Assembly: GCA_041479945.1 (NCBI GenBank)
Contig: JBGOYZ010000003.1
Location: 1 to 56,094 of the forward strand
Source: Thermoproteota archaeon
Lineage (GTDB): Archaea; Thermoproteota; EX4484-205; JAAOZO01
Direction of reading: 5' to 3'
Length of the DNA stretch: 56,094 nt
In this document: piece by piece, positions 1 to 9,246 of the stretch
Layout of the letters: the number at the start of each line of letters is the position of its first letter
Position numbering within the stretch: position 1 is the stretch's first letter
Notes under the pieces: generated by a model
The model's input: only the letters and a program-made list of their open reading frames with translations
What the model was told of the DNA's origin: nothing
Databases searched by the model: none
Position numbers and translations under genes: made by a program

Positions 1-237
1 CTTCAGGATTGTTATCAGCATATTGATCGTGGTCGTCTTGCCCGCTCCGTTCGGCCCAAGAAACCCGAAGATCTCGCCCTGCTTGACTTCAAATGCCACG
101 TGGTCAACCGCCACGAGATCGTGGTTGAACACCCTAGTCAGGCCATCGGCCCTCATTATGACTCCATCTGCCAAATCCCCATCAGCCGGGCCAACCCTCT
201 GTTCGGCCGTATCAGCTGCGGCAGTTCCGCTTTTCAT
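1..237 (-). CDS. ABC transporter ATP-binding protein, N-terminal fragment (gene continues past the left edge)
   Basis: Not in the ORF track because it runs off the edge. The reverse complement of 1-237 reads [79 protein letters not shown]. It has Walker [10 protein letters not shown] in a typical ABC ATPase N-terminal context. A TATTTAAA box lies at 261-268, about 25 nt upstream of the ATG (235-237). Confidence 0.75.
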   Translation of the reverse strand, partial: MKSGTAAADTAEQRVGPADGDLADGVIMRADGLTRVFNHDLVAVDHVAFEVKQGEIFGFLGPNGAGKTTTINMLITILK

Positions 238-577
238 ATCGGAAACGATATCGGAAGCGATATTTAAACCTGTCTCTCTAAACCGTATCTGAGTATTCGC
301 ATATGTCGCTCATCCGGGTGGAAGTTCAGCGACAGTTGGTGGCGCTAGCGATTCCTCGACTGGGAACTCAACAGCTGAGACCCGGTCTAGCATCTCGTTC
401 TTCTGTCCTCCTCTCAGTGTCAGCACCCTCCACTTTCGCATCATCTTCATCGCGATCGGATCTCTCACCTTTCTCAGTTCATCATCCCCAGACCCTCTAT
501 CGTGATTCACAATTATACAGCCACAAAGATTTTTAAGAGAGAAGATTTGGGCGCGAGATAAAGAGGAGACTGACAGT

Positions 578-2545
578 ATGGAAGTCAAGAGTGGAGGAGC
601 CGAGCTGGAAGCTCTTCCGACGGAAGAGAGAGTGGTGCCAGTTCAGAAGCTATACGACGAGTGGAAGAGGTCGTTGGAGAACCCGGAGGACTACTGGGCC
701 GAACAGGCGAAGGAACTTGACTGGTCCAGGACCTGGGACAAGGTTCTAGATTGGAAACCTCCGTTTGCCAGATGGTTTGTGGGAGCGCTCTTGAACGCCT
801 CCTACAACTGCATCGACAGACACGTCAAGACATGGAGAAGGAACAAGGCAGCGATACTGTGGGAAGGCGAACCTGGCGACACGAGGATCCTGACCTACAA
901 CACCTTGTATCGAGAGGTGAACTCACTTGCCAGCGCGTTGAAGAACCTAGGGGTCCGAAAGGGGGATTTCGTTGCGATGTATATGCCGATGTTGCCCGAG
1001 CTCCCGATCGCGATGTTGGCCTGCTCAAGGATCGGCGCGCCGTTCACGCAAGTCTATTCCGGTTTCAGCGCCGGAGCACTCGCAGAGAGAATGCGAGACA
1101 CTGGGTCAAAGGTCCTGATAACTGCCGACGGTGCTTGGAGGAGGGGCAAGGTCATCGAGCTCAAGAGAACAGTCGACGAGGCCCTCAAGGATTGTCCATC
1201 TGTTGAGAAGGTCATAACGGTGAAGAGGACCGGCCAAGACGTGGCCATGCAAAAGGGGCGAGACGTCTGGTACGCTGACGTCGTCAGGGAAGCACCCGAG
1301 AAGTACGTGGCCCCCGAACCCTTGGAAGCCTCCCACCCGCTTTACGTTCTTTACACTTCGGGAACAACAGCCAAGCCCAAAGGCGTTCAAGTCTGCACGG
1401 GCGGGTATCTCACATACATTTGCTCGACCTTGAAATGGTCTTTCGACGTGAGGGATGACGACGTGTGGTGGTGCTTTGCCGACATAGGCTGGGTCACTGG
1501 ACACAGCTACATAGTCTTCGCACCTCTGGCCCACGGGCTCACTGAAGTGATGTATGAGGGAGCCCCAGACTTTCCCGACCCAGGCAGGCCGTGGAGCATA
1601 ATTGAGAAACACGGCGTCACGAAGTTGTACACCTCACCGACTCTCATTAGACTGCTGATAAAGTACGGGGATGAATGGCCCAAGAAGTTCGACTTGGGTA
1701 GCTTGAAGATGCTCGGAACCGTGGGAGAGCCGATAAACCCGGAGACTTGGAGGTGGTACTATGAGAAGATAGGTGGAAAGCGCTGCCCGATTTCGGACAC
1801 TTGGTGGCAGACGGAGACCGGTGGGTTCCTGATAGCGCCCGCGCCAGGAATCGAACTCGTACCCTTAAAGCCTGGATCAGCAACTCTGCCCCTTCCAAGC
1901 ATAGAACCTGAGATAGTGGACGAAGAGGGGCGTCCCCTTCCGAGAGGGGCGAAGGGCAACCTCGTCATAAAGAAGCCATGGCCTGGCATGCTCATGACCT
2001 TGTTCAAGGAGGACGACAGGTACAGAAAATACTACTGGGAGAGATACCCAAAGGCAAAGTCGCCTCTCTTCTACACGGGAGATTACGCAGTCCAAGACAG
2101 TGAAGGATACTACTGGTTGCTCGGAAGGTCAGACGATGTGATCAAGGTGGCAGGTCATAGGCTGGGAACCATAGAGCTGGAGGATGTGCTAGTTAGCCAT
2201 CCAGCCGTTGCCGAGGCCGCTGTAGCTGGAAAGCCAGATCCCATAAAAGGAGAAGTTCCTGTGTGCTTCGTAGTGCTGAAGGTAGGCTACAAACCGTCGC
2301 CGGAATTGGCTGAGGAACTGAAGCAACACGTGAGGAATGTCATAGGCCCCGTAGCTACGCCTTCCGAAGTTCACCTCGTGCCAATGTTGCCTAAGACGAG
2401 AAGTGGGAAGATCATGAGAAGAGTCATTAGAGCCATCGCTACTGACACCCCAATAGGCGACGCAACTACTCTTGAAGATGAGGCTGCTGTAGGAGAAGTC
2501 ACAAAGGCTCTGGAAGACTTCCGAAGAGCTGTAGCACAGAAGTAG
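578..2545 (+). CDS. acs: Acetyl-CoA synthetase (AMP-forming acetate--CoA ligase)
   Basis: 655 aa. Acyl-adenylate-forming family motifs are present (YTSGTTAKPKG, GWVTGHSY, YYTGDYA, KTRSGKIMRR). N-terminal WF.GA.LN.SYNC.DRH is typical of Acs. A GAGGAG sits about 10 nt upstream of the ATG. Confidence 0.95.
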   Translation: MEVKSGGAELEALPTEERVVPVQKLYDEWKRSLENPEDYWAEQAKELDWSRTWDKVLDWKPPFARWFVGALLNASYNCIDRHVKTWRRNKAAILWEGEPGDTRILTYNTLYREVNSLASALKNLGVRKGDFVAMYMPMLPELPIAMLACSRIGAPFTQVYSGFSAGALAERMRDTGSKVLITADGAWRRGKVIELKRTVDEALKDCPSVEKVITVKRTGQDVAMQKGRDVWYADVVREAPEKYVAPEPLEASHPLYVLYTSGTTAKPKGVQVCTGGYLTYICSTLKWSFDVRDDDVWWCFADIGWVTGHSYIVFAPLAHGLTEVMYEGAPDFPDPGRPWSIIEKHGVTKLYTSPTLIRLLIKYGDEWPKKFDLGSLKMLGTVGEPINPETWRWYYEKIGGKRCPISDTWWQTETGGFLIAPAPGIELVPLKPGSATLPLPSIEPEIVDEEGRPLPRGAKGNLVIKKPWPGMLMTLFKEDDRYRKYYWERYPKAKSPLFYTGDYAVQDSEGYYWLLGRSDDVIKVAGHRLGTIELEDVLVSHPAVAEAAVAGKPDPIKGEVPVCFVVLKVGYKPSPELAEELKQHVRNVIGPVATPSEVHLVPMLPKTRSGKIMRRVIRAIATDTPIGDATTLEDEAAVGEVTKALEDFRRAVAQK

Positions 2546-2598
2546 GAAGGCTGTTGAGACACATCGGTCCGAGTCACGAATGAAGATGGGATGACGAG

Positions 2599-3891
2599 AT
2601 GGCAGAGGAAAAGGTACCGAGCAGATGGATGTTTGTGGTCGCCGGATTCATCATCAACCTATGCCTCGGTACGATATATGCGTGGAGCGTTTTCAGGCCA
2701 GCGCTTCAACAGGCCCCGTACAACCTGACTCCAGCTGAGTCCATAGTTCCATTCAGTGTCTTTCTGCTCGTCTTCGGCGTGACATTCGCTTTTTCGGGCA
2801 GAATGGTGGGCAAGGTCGGACCGAGAAAGCCGGCATTGATTGGCGCTGTGTTGCTGGGGCTCGGCTACCTTCTGTCCTACGGCATAGCACTCGTTCCACC
2901 AGCGACATTGTACATCACAGTATTCGCATTTGGTCTAATTGCGGGCACCGGATGCGGCTTTGCCTACAATCCACCAATCGCTACCGTCAGCAGATGGTTC
3001 CCCACCAAGCCAGGACTACCGCTGGGTCTGACCGTGATGGGCTTCGGCCTGTCGGCTCTCATCACGGCACCTGTCGTCATCTTTCTCAGGGATGCTTACG
3101 GCATCGCAAATACCTTTCTGATCTTGGGGGTAGCGTTTTCGATACTCCTGTCCCTGCTCGGCTCGCTTCTAAAGTTCCCTCCTGCAGACTGGAAGCAAGC
3201 TCCAAGTTCGGCTTCATCATCTAGGAAAGCCTGGGCCGTGAATTCGCTTAACTTTTCAACGGATCAGATGGTCAGGACCACTGTATTCTACCTGACTTGG
3301 TTGATCTACCTCGTAGGAGCTGGTTCTGGGTTGATGGTGATCGGTAATATCGCACAGATTGCCACAGACGTAACAGGGCTGAAGGGAGAACTCGCATGGA
3401 TGGCAACCTTTGCGGTACAGGCTCTCGCCATGGCCAACGCCTTCGGGAGACCGATAATGGGCAAGATATGTGACATGATTGGTCCAAGGGCGACATTGCT
3501 GAGCATGTTGGTGCTGCAACTGGCGTGTTTGCTCGCACTGTTCCCGTACGCGACTTCGCCCGCCTTCCTGTTCTTGGCCGTTGCCATCTTCGGCGCAATG
3601 TTCGGGGGATACCTAGCGGTCATGCCTACAATGGTTTCCTACTTCTTCGGAGCGAAGAACGTGGGGCCCAACTACGGCCTGTATTTCAGCGCTTACGGAG
3701 TCGGAGGCGTGGTACTACCTATGCTGATGTCATCAGTGCTGGGTGCCAACCCAACTTATGGAAACTACGTACAGGGCTTCTACATCACGGCGGGGTTCAC
3801 AGTGGTCGGACTAGTGCTAACGTTGATTATGAAACCCCCTGGCATTGGCCAAGACAAGGTGCCACGACCTGAACAGAGTGCCACGAGCTGA
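2599..3891 (+). CDS. MFS transporter, oxalate/formate antiporter (OFA)-like
   Basis: 430 aa and polytopic, about 12 hydrophobic segments. The N-terminus MFVVAGFIINLCLGTIYAWSVF resembles OFA-family MFS proteins. It lies directly downstream of acs on the same strand. Confidence 0.75.
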   Translation: MAEEKVPSRWMFVVAGFIINLCLGTIYAWSVFRPALQQAPYNLTPAESIVPFSVFLLVFGVTFAFSGRMVGKVGPRKPALIGAVLLGLGYLLSYGIALVPPATLYITVFAFGLIAGTGCGFAYNPPIATVSRWFPTKPGLPLGLTVMGFGLSALITAPVVIFLRDAYGIANTFLILGVAFSILLSLLGSLLKFPPADWKQAPSSASSSRKAWAVNSLNFSTDQMVRTTVFYLTWLIYLVGAGSGLMVIGNIAQIATDVTGLKGELAWMATFAVQALAMANAFGRPIMGKICDMIGPRATLLSMLVLQLACLLALFPYATSPAFLFLAVAIFGAMFGGYLAVMPTMVSYFFGAKNVGPNYGLYFSAYGVGGVVLPMLMSSVLGANPTYGNYVQGFYITAGFTVVGLVLTLIMKPPGIGQDKVPRPEQSATS

Positions 3892-3940
3892 AAAGCAAGT
3901 AGAGGCACTCCGGCAACAGCGGAGGACTACCTTGATGGGC

Positions 3941-6082
3941 CTACTGTCTTGGCTCTATCATGACCTTGACGTCTGCCGCCAAGAGCGGTCCAGGTTTCTC
4001 CGTCGCTCCGTACAGGAACAGCGGGTTGATATCAATATCCGTGATCTCAGGAAAGTCCTCGGATAGCTTCGCGACCCTCAAGATGACCTCAACGACAGCA
4101 TCGAAGTCGCCTGGCTCTTGTCCCCTTATGCCTTGTATCAGGTCGTAAGCTTTCGTTTCCCTCATCATTTCTTTGGCGTCACTGACCGTCAGAGGTGTCA
4201 CTCTGAAGGACACGTCCTTGTACAGCTCGACAAGTGTGCCGCCACTTCCGAAGCTTATCAGTGGGCCGAATGTCGCATCCCTGTGCATTCCGACGAATAG
4301 CTCCCTTCCTTGGGGTAACATCTTTCTGACGGCGATACCTCTTATGTCAGCTCCTCGAACCTTGGCCGAGACACTTCTCGTGATTTCCTCGAAGGCTTTG
4401 CGGACTTGTGACTTGCCAGCCAAGTTCATCTTGATGCCCCCAACATCGACCTTGTGAACAACGTCGGGCGATTCAACCTCCAGCACTACTGGATATCCCA
4501 GTCCCTCGGCCTTCTTGACTGCAGCGGTTGGGTTGGACACTATTATCCTGTCAGGAGTCGGTATCCCGTAGGCTCCTGCAACTGTCGCAGCCTCCGAAGG
4601 CATCAGGACTCTCCTGCCCTCTCGCTTTGCGGGGTCGATGACTGAATTGGCCTTCTCCTTGTCGGCTTTGATCTCCACCTGCTCTCGGTCGCTTCTGTTC
4701 AAGAACCGGAAGCGGTCAAGTAGCTGACCCAATGCTGCCACAGCCTCCTCGGGGGTGACGTAGGCTGGGATACGGTGCTTCACAAGCCGCCTCATCCCGG
4801 TGATACATTCCTCGCCGCCTATGAAGTTGGTCACGATTGGTTTCTGCACCGGAGACGAGCGACTTGCCCTGATTATGGCGTTGGCGACCTCTACTGGGTG
4901 AGTAATGGGAGTGTCGCAGTACACCACGATTATGTTCTTGACATTCTCGTCGCTCAATAGTGTCTGGATAGCTCCTTCGTAGTCTTCAACTCTTGCCATT
5001 CCCGTGAGGTCGATCGGGTTCAGAACGCTACCGAACGGCGGCATGAACTTCCTCACACGCTCGGCTAGGTCGTTCGATAGGCTCATGAGGTTGACATTGA
5101 ATGCCTCAGCAGCGTCGGTGGCCATGATGCCCGCTCCGCCCCCGTTCGTCAATATGACCGTCTCCTCACCCTTCGGTAGAGGCAGCATCGTCAAAGCCGA
5201 TGCCCATTCGAACAGCTCTGAGATAGTCGGGGCTCTTATGACCCCCGCTTGCCTGAAGGCGGCCTCATATGCCGCTTCTGAACCGGCCAAGGATCCTGTG
5301 TGCGAGAGAATGGCTGCCGCGGTCCTTGACGCCTTTCCAGCTTTTAGCGCGACTATTGGCTTGCTCTTGCTGACATTCTTGGCGACTCTGATGAAACGTT
5401 GTCCGTCCATCACGCCCTCTATATATAGAGCTATGACACAAGTGTGCTTGTCTTCACCGAAGAACTGGACGAGGTCAGTCTCATTCACATCTGCCCTGTT
5501 TCCTATGCTTACTAGGTCCGATAATCCAATATCCCTCTGCCTCGTCCACTCAGCCACAACCATCGCAAGCGCTCCGCTCTGGCTTATGAAGCCTATGTCC
5601 CCCTTTATTGGCGGTGACTCGACGAAAGTGGCGTTCATCTTCTTCACTGTGTCTGCTATTCCGACGATGTTAGGTCCGAGAAGACGCATGCCAGCCAGCT
5701 TGCATATCTCGACGATTTCTTCTTCTTCTTGCGCGTTGCCGGCTTCTTTGAAACCACCCGCGATCACCGCCACGGCCTTTACCCGCTTTTCCCCACATTC
5801 CCTCAGCACTTGAGGGACCGCCTTCGCAGGTACCGCGATCACCGCCATATGCACTTCAGAAGGGATATCCTTCACCGAAGGATAGCACTTCAGACCAAGG
5901 ATCTGATGGGCGTTCGGATTCACTGGGAATATTCTTTCCTTGGGAAAACCTCCGACTATCAGATTCTTCACGATTGTGTGCCCCATCTTATGGGGCTCTC
6001 GCGCTGCGCCTATCACCGCAATACTATCAGGCCTGAGGAGCGATAGGAGTTCCTCATAGACACTGCGCGATTCGGTTGACAT
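3941..6082 (-). CDS. acd: Acetate--CoA ligase (ADP-forming), fused alpha/beta subunits
   Basis: 713 aa. It has an N-terminal CoA-binding domain (SIAVIGAAREPHKMGH), a succinyl-CoA-synthetase-like ligase domain (SQSGALA, SHTGSLAG) and a C-terminal ATP-grasp domain. Confidence 0.9.
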   Translation of the reverse strand: MSTESRSVYEELLSLLRPDSIAVIGAAREPHKMGHTIVKNLIVGGFPKERIFPVNPNAHQILGLKCYPSVKDIPSEVHMAVIAVPAKAVPQVLRECGEKRVKAVAVIAGGFKEAGNAQEEEEIVEICKLAGMRLLGPNIVGIADTVKKMNATFVESPPIKGDIGFISQSGALAMVVAEWTRQRDIGLSDLVSIGNRADVNETDLVQFFGEDKHTCVIALYIEGVMDGQRFIRVAKNVSKSKPIVALKAGKASRTAAAILSHTGSLAGSEAAYEAAFRQAGVIRAPTISELFEWASALTMLPLPKGEETVILTNGGGAGIMATDAAEAFNVNLMSLSNDLAERVRKFMPPFGSVLNPIDLTGMARVEDYEGAIQTLLSDENVKNIIVVYCDTPITHPVEVANAIIRASRSSPVQKPIVTNFIGGEECITGMRRLVKHRIPAYVTPEEAVAALGQLLDRFRFLNRSDREQVEIKADKEKANSVIDPAKREGRRVLMPSEAATVAGAYGIPTPDRIIVSNPTAAVKKAEGLGYPVVLEVESPDVVHKVDVGGIKMNLAGKSQVRKAFEEITRSVSAKVRGADIRGIAVRKMLPQGRELFVGMHRDATFGPLISFGSGGTLVELYKDVSFRVTPLTVSDAKEMMRETKAYDLIQGIRGQEPGDFDAVVEVILRVAKLSEDFPEITDIDINPLFLYGATEKPGPLLAADVKVMIEPRQ

Positions 6083-6278
6083 TCGGTTACGGTCAAGTTG
6101 ACGCCTGATAAAGATTGTTTTTGGATCCTATCTAGGAAAATGTGATCCGACATCTTGGGGAAAGCGGACTTGATGGTGGCTCGTGACATGGCACGACTGT
6201 GAGGACCTCGGTGATCCAGTGGAGTCCGGCCAACTCGCACATAAAAAGACATATGCTAGTTCTCGCTGAGTCTCCTCA

Positions 6279-8435
6279 TTGTCCGTCAGCCCCTCATTGG
6301 AAATGGACCCGTTCGAGGACCCGGATTGGGACTACGCCAGGACGATGAAGGTCTTGGTTAGGTCTCCTATCATGGAGTGGTCATCGAGCGTTAGTTCTGT
6401 TCAGGTCCAGATGCCCGACTTGGCCAAGTTCTGGGTCCCCAACCGCAACATGCCTGTAGAGGGACTGACAGTCCTGATTCGGGGGGAGCCATGGAAGGTG
6501 ATGGACGGCGTGGGCATCTCGCTCGAGGATGGCCGAAGGCTGACCCCCTCAACCATTCACTATTCGGTCGGACTAGCGAGGTACGACTACTTAATCGACG
6601 ACGGTTTGATCACAGTGGAGTACGCGCAAGCTGACCCGGGAAGTGCTGGTGCTGGTGGATTGAAGTTGACTCTCACTTTCCCTGACGGCCTGATCGGCGG
6701 ACGAGTAAATCTCTTCTTCTTGGTCGACCTCAGACCGCTGAAGGAAGCTCCTCGGGCCGTGAGCTTGAACCGGAGTCTGAACGGAGGGCTGCTCGCGTCG
6801 TGCTCTGGGGCCAGTCTTGGTTTGTCCTGCGATGGTGAGATTGACAGCTCCAAGGCCTCGGTGTCAACACTGAGCTGGGTCTACAAACAGGGTTACGGGT
6901 TCCGAAGGGTCACCGAGCGGGGGTTGCAGTTCTCACCTGAAGAACGCACGATCAACGTCATGGGCCCCTACGGCGTCAAGATATCGTCCCAGACTCACAC
7001 CCTCATCATCTCTCTATCAGGTACTTGGCCGCTGAACTCGGACACAAAGGACAGGATGCTTGCTTCCTCAGGCGTTACAGCGGCTCAACTCGATGCTGTA
7101 TTGTCTTCCCTCCCCGAACCAAGTGTAGACAAGAAAACAAGGGACGCGCTGTACGGCAGACTGGCAGCGCTCATGTCGTTCGGGATCAGAATCAGAGACA
7201 GCCCCAGCAGAGTCTCAGGAGAGGCCGGAGCTCACTGGTTCAGGGAAGTGTGGTTCAGGGACATCTACGAAGGGCTCTTCTGGAACCTCAGAACGCTGAC
7301 GATCCTCGGTCTGTCACGGTTCATCAGGGATCAGCTCGACCTCGGGTTTGAGTACATGGATGCCAACGGATTGACACCTGACAACTTGACCGCGGTCTCC
7401 GGGACCATACAGGCTTCCTATGGGTCAGTGGACTCAACGCTCCTTTTCCACCGTTTGCTCTTGAACTACGGGGAGACCATCCGGGACGAGCAACTTATGT
7501 CCAGAGGCATCTCTTCCATGCAGAGGTTTGTGCAGGCTCTGGAGAGCAACGCCATTCCGTCTGCAAGGATAGTTGACGGAGCTTTGTTTTCACCTCCTAA
7601 CCACAGTTGGGTAGACAGCAAGTCAGACGTTGAGATTGACGGTATCCACTTGGGTTCGATTCCATGCAGAGTTCCGGGCGAATGGCTTCGCGACATGCTT
7701 TCCGAAGGGTTGTCAGCCCACCAGATCGAGACCATGATGAACGCGCCCAAATTCCTTCTGCCGGAGGTGCAAGCCCTATTCGTGTCGGTCTTGAGGCATG
7801 CAGTGAGGTCAGCGACTGAGCTGAGAACAAGTGTGGGAACACTGGAGCATCATGAGAGACTAGCGACTCAGGCTCTTGAGCGCTACGTGACGAAGACGAA
7901 ACACAGCCTTCCTCCGAACCTAGTCATGGTGAGTGAAACAGACACAAGAGAGGACACCACGCCGTCCTCACCTTCCTTCTCTGCGTTGGCCATGTTCAAG
8001 GACCAGATTCCTCTCGACAGACTGGAGGAAGGTTATTCGCACGCGTGTTCGGAACTCCTCGTCACCAGGAAAATGAAGGTCTTGAGCTTGGAGGTGGCTC
8101 CCTTTGGCATGATCGTCCAGAGAAGGGCACTTGAACCGTATCTCGGAGACAGGCAGTACCACACCAGCGTGACTTGGCCAAGAGATGCTCCATATCTCGC
8201 CGCTGTGATGAGACAACTGGGACGCCGTGATGAGGAGAGAGGACTGCTTCTCAACCACTTGGACGCTTCGGTATCTGAGGTGATACCTTTCTATGTGAAC
8301 GAACTCTACGGTCTGCCTCTGGGCAGGAACCCAAGCCCATCAGGCGCAACCCAAGACCAGTTGATACCCCTGAAGAACCCCGCACAGTTCTGGTCGATTT
8401 GGCACGACCCCTATCTTGAATGGTATCTGTCCTAG
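6279..8435 (+). CDS. Amylo-alpha-1,6-glucosidase / glycogen-debranching-enzyme (GDE_C) family protein
   Basis: 718 aa. Motifs HWFREVWFRDIYEGL and VTWPRDAPYL are typical of the (alpha/alpha)6 GDE C-terminal domain. The start is uncertain: TTG at 6279 or ATG at 6303. An ATAAAAAG box lies at 6241-6248. Confidence 0.7.
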   Translation: MSVSPSLEMDPFEDPDWDYARTMKVLVRSPIMEWSSSVSSVQVQMPDLAKFWVPNRNMPVEGLTVLIRGEPWKVMDGVGISLEDGRRLTPSTIHYSVGLARYDYLIDDGLITVEYAQADPGSAGAGGLKLTLTFPDGLIGGRVNLFFLVDLRPLKEAPRAVSLNRSLNGGLLASCSGASLGLSCDGEIDSSKASVSTLSWVYKQGYGFRRVTERGLQFSPEERTINVMGPYGVKISSQTHTLIISLSGTWPLNSDTKDRMLASSGVTAAQLDAVLSSLPEPSVDKKTRDALYGRLAALMSFGIRIRDSPSRVSGEAGAHWFREVWFRDIYEGLFWNLRTLTILGLSRFIRDQLDLGFEYMDANGLTPDNLTAVSGTIQASYGSVDSTLLFHRLLLNYGETIRDEQLMSRGISSMQRFVQALESNAIPSARIVDGALFSPPNHSWVDSKSDVEIDGIHLGSIPCRVPGEWLRDMLSEGLSAHQIETMMNAPKFLLPEVQALFVSVLRHAVRSATELRTSVGTLEHHERLATQALERYVTKTKHSLPPNLVMVSETDTREDTTPSSPSFSALAMFKDQIPLDRLEEGYSHACSELLVTRKMKVLSLEVAPFGMIVQRRALEPYLGDRQYHTSVTWPRDAPYLAAVMRQLGRRDEERGLLLNHLDASVSEVIPFYVNELYGLPLGRNPSPSGATQDQLIPLKNPAQFWSIWHDPYLEWYLS

Positions 8436-8441
8436 GAAGGT

Positions 8442-8621
8442 CTACTCAGCCTTGACCATCTTCATGCCGCCAGATCTGACCTTCTTGATGATCCTGTAGC
8501 CGCAGTAGGGGCACTTTATCTCTCTCGTGGAGATCATATCTGGGGCAAACACTTCGGAGCAGGATAGGCATTGATACAGTGCCTTCGGTGTCTCCTGCTT
8601 TGCCTCGTTCGGCTGTTCCAT
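8442..8621 (-). CDS. rpoP: DNA-directed RNA polymerase subunit P (Rpo12)
   Basis: Only the last 59 aa of the 183-aa ORF look real: MEQPNEAKQETPKALYQCLSCSEVFAPDMISTREIKCPYCGYRIIKKVRSGGMKMVKAE. This is a CxxC...CxxC zinc ribbon with the size and tail of RpoP. The upstream part of the ORF is antisense to the THUMP gene. ATG is at 8619-8621. Confidence 0.7.
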   Translation of the reverse strand: MEQPNEAKQETPKALYQCLSCSEVFAPDMISTREIKCPYCGYRIIKKVRSGGMKMVKAE

Positions 8622-8648
8622 TAAGGGTCGGACCCGCCAGACTCGGGC

Positions 8649-8656
8649 TATAAATA
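8649..8656. promoter_or_regulatory. Shared TATA box (TATAAATA) in a 64-bp divergent intergenic region
   Basis: TATAAATA lies about 27 nt from the rpoP ATG (8621, minus) and about 29 nt from the THUMP ATG (8686, plus). This is consistent with two leaderless or near-leaderless divergent transcripts. Confidence 0.45.
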
Positions 8657-8685
8657 CTTGGTCCAACTCTGTCGAACCGCGACAG

Positions 8686-9228
8686 ATGGCGGTATTGGTT
8701 GTCACCTGCGGATCAGGTTCAGGTGAGGCTGCTGCAATTGAAGCTATGGATGCCCTGCTTCCCGAGGACCGAGACGCACGCGTGGAGATGACCCGACACG
8801 AGGGGGTGCTTGTCGTCCGGACATCACTGGATCCTTTGCTGGCGCGTTCGTTGTTGTTCTCCTCACTCCCGAGGCGCATATCTAGGGTAGTGCCAATAGA
8901 ACAGGAGTGTAAGCCTGATTTCGGCTCCATAGCTGACGCTGCCTTGACTGTGGCTCGAAGAATGTCCGGCCATTCCTTCGTCGTGAGGTGCAAGACAAGA
9001 GGTTCTGTGTTGAACTCAGACGACCTTGAGGTGACGGTAGGGCAGCATCTATGCCAGAAAACTGGGATGGCAGTGAATCTGAAGAGTCCCGACTTTGTGG
9101 TCTACGTGGAAGTAGTGGACGATTTCGCGGGCGTGGCGGCCCTTCCCTTCAGCCTTCCAATTTCGATGGAGTCAGTGCGAGAGGACATAATCTCTTCGAT
9201 GAGATATATATCGAAGGGTGGCGTTTGA
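8686..9228 (+). CDS. THUMP domain-containing protein
   Basis: 180 aa. The C-terminal half (FVVRCKTRGSVLNSDDLEVTVGQHLCQKTGMAVNLKSPDFVVYVEVVDD) matches the THUMP fold pattern seen in small stand-alone archaeal THUMP proteins. Confidence 0.6.
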   Translation: MAVLVVTCGSGSGEAAAIEAMDALLPEDRDARVEMTRHEGVLVVRTSLDPLLARSLLFSSLPRRISRVVPIEQECKPDFGSIADAALTVARRMSGHSFVVRCKTRGSVLNSDDLEVTVGQHLCQKTGMAVNLKSPDFVVYVEVVDDFAGVAALPFSLPISMESVREDIISSMRYISKGGV

Positions 9229-9246
9229 GCGGGAAAGACAATCCAG

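Noticed and set aside
400-520. Minus-strand AUGAUGA ... AUGAUGC-14 nt-CUGA arrangement upstream of acs (C/D-box-like), and the 92-aa ORF 310-588
   Set aside because: The box spacing is wrong: CUGA lies 1 nt after the C box and there is a 19-nt internal loop. There is no terminal stem. The ORF overlaps the acs start and has no recognisable fold.
5004-5813. Long antisense ORFs inside confident genes, for example 5004-5813, 15829-16359, 15926-16561, 25608-26159, 41883-42362, 49717-50445 and 55312-55821
   Set aside because: These are shadow ORFs typical of GC-rich coding DNA. They are Ser/Ala/Pro/Arg-rich, have no motifs, and are fully contained in genes with strong homology on the other strand.
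8622-8993. Upstream 124 aa of the 183-aa minus-strand ORF containing rpoP
   Set aside because: It is antisense to the well-supported THUMP gene and low-complexity (Ser/Ala/Thr-rich). Only the C-terminal zinc-ribbon part has RpoP character.
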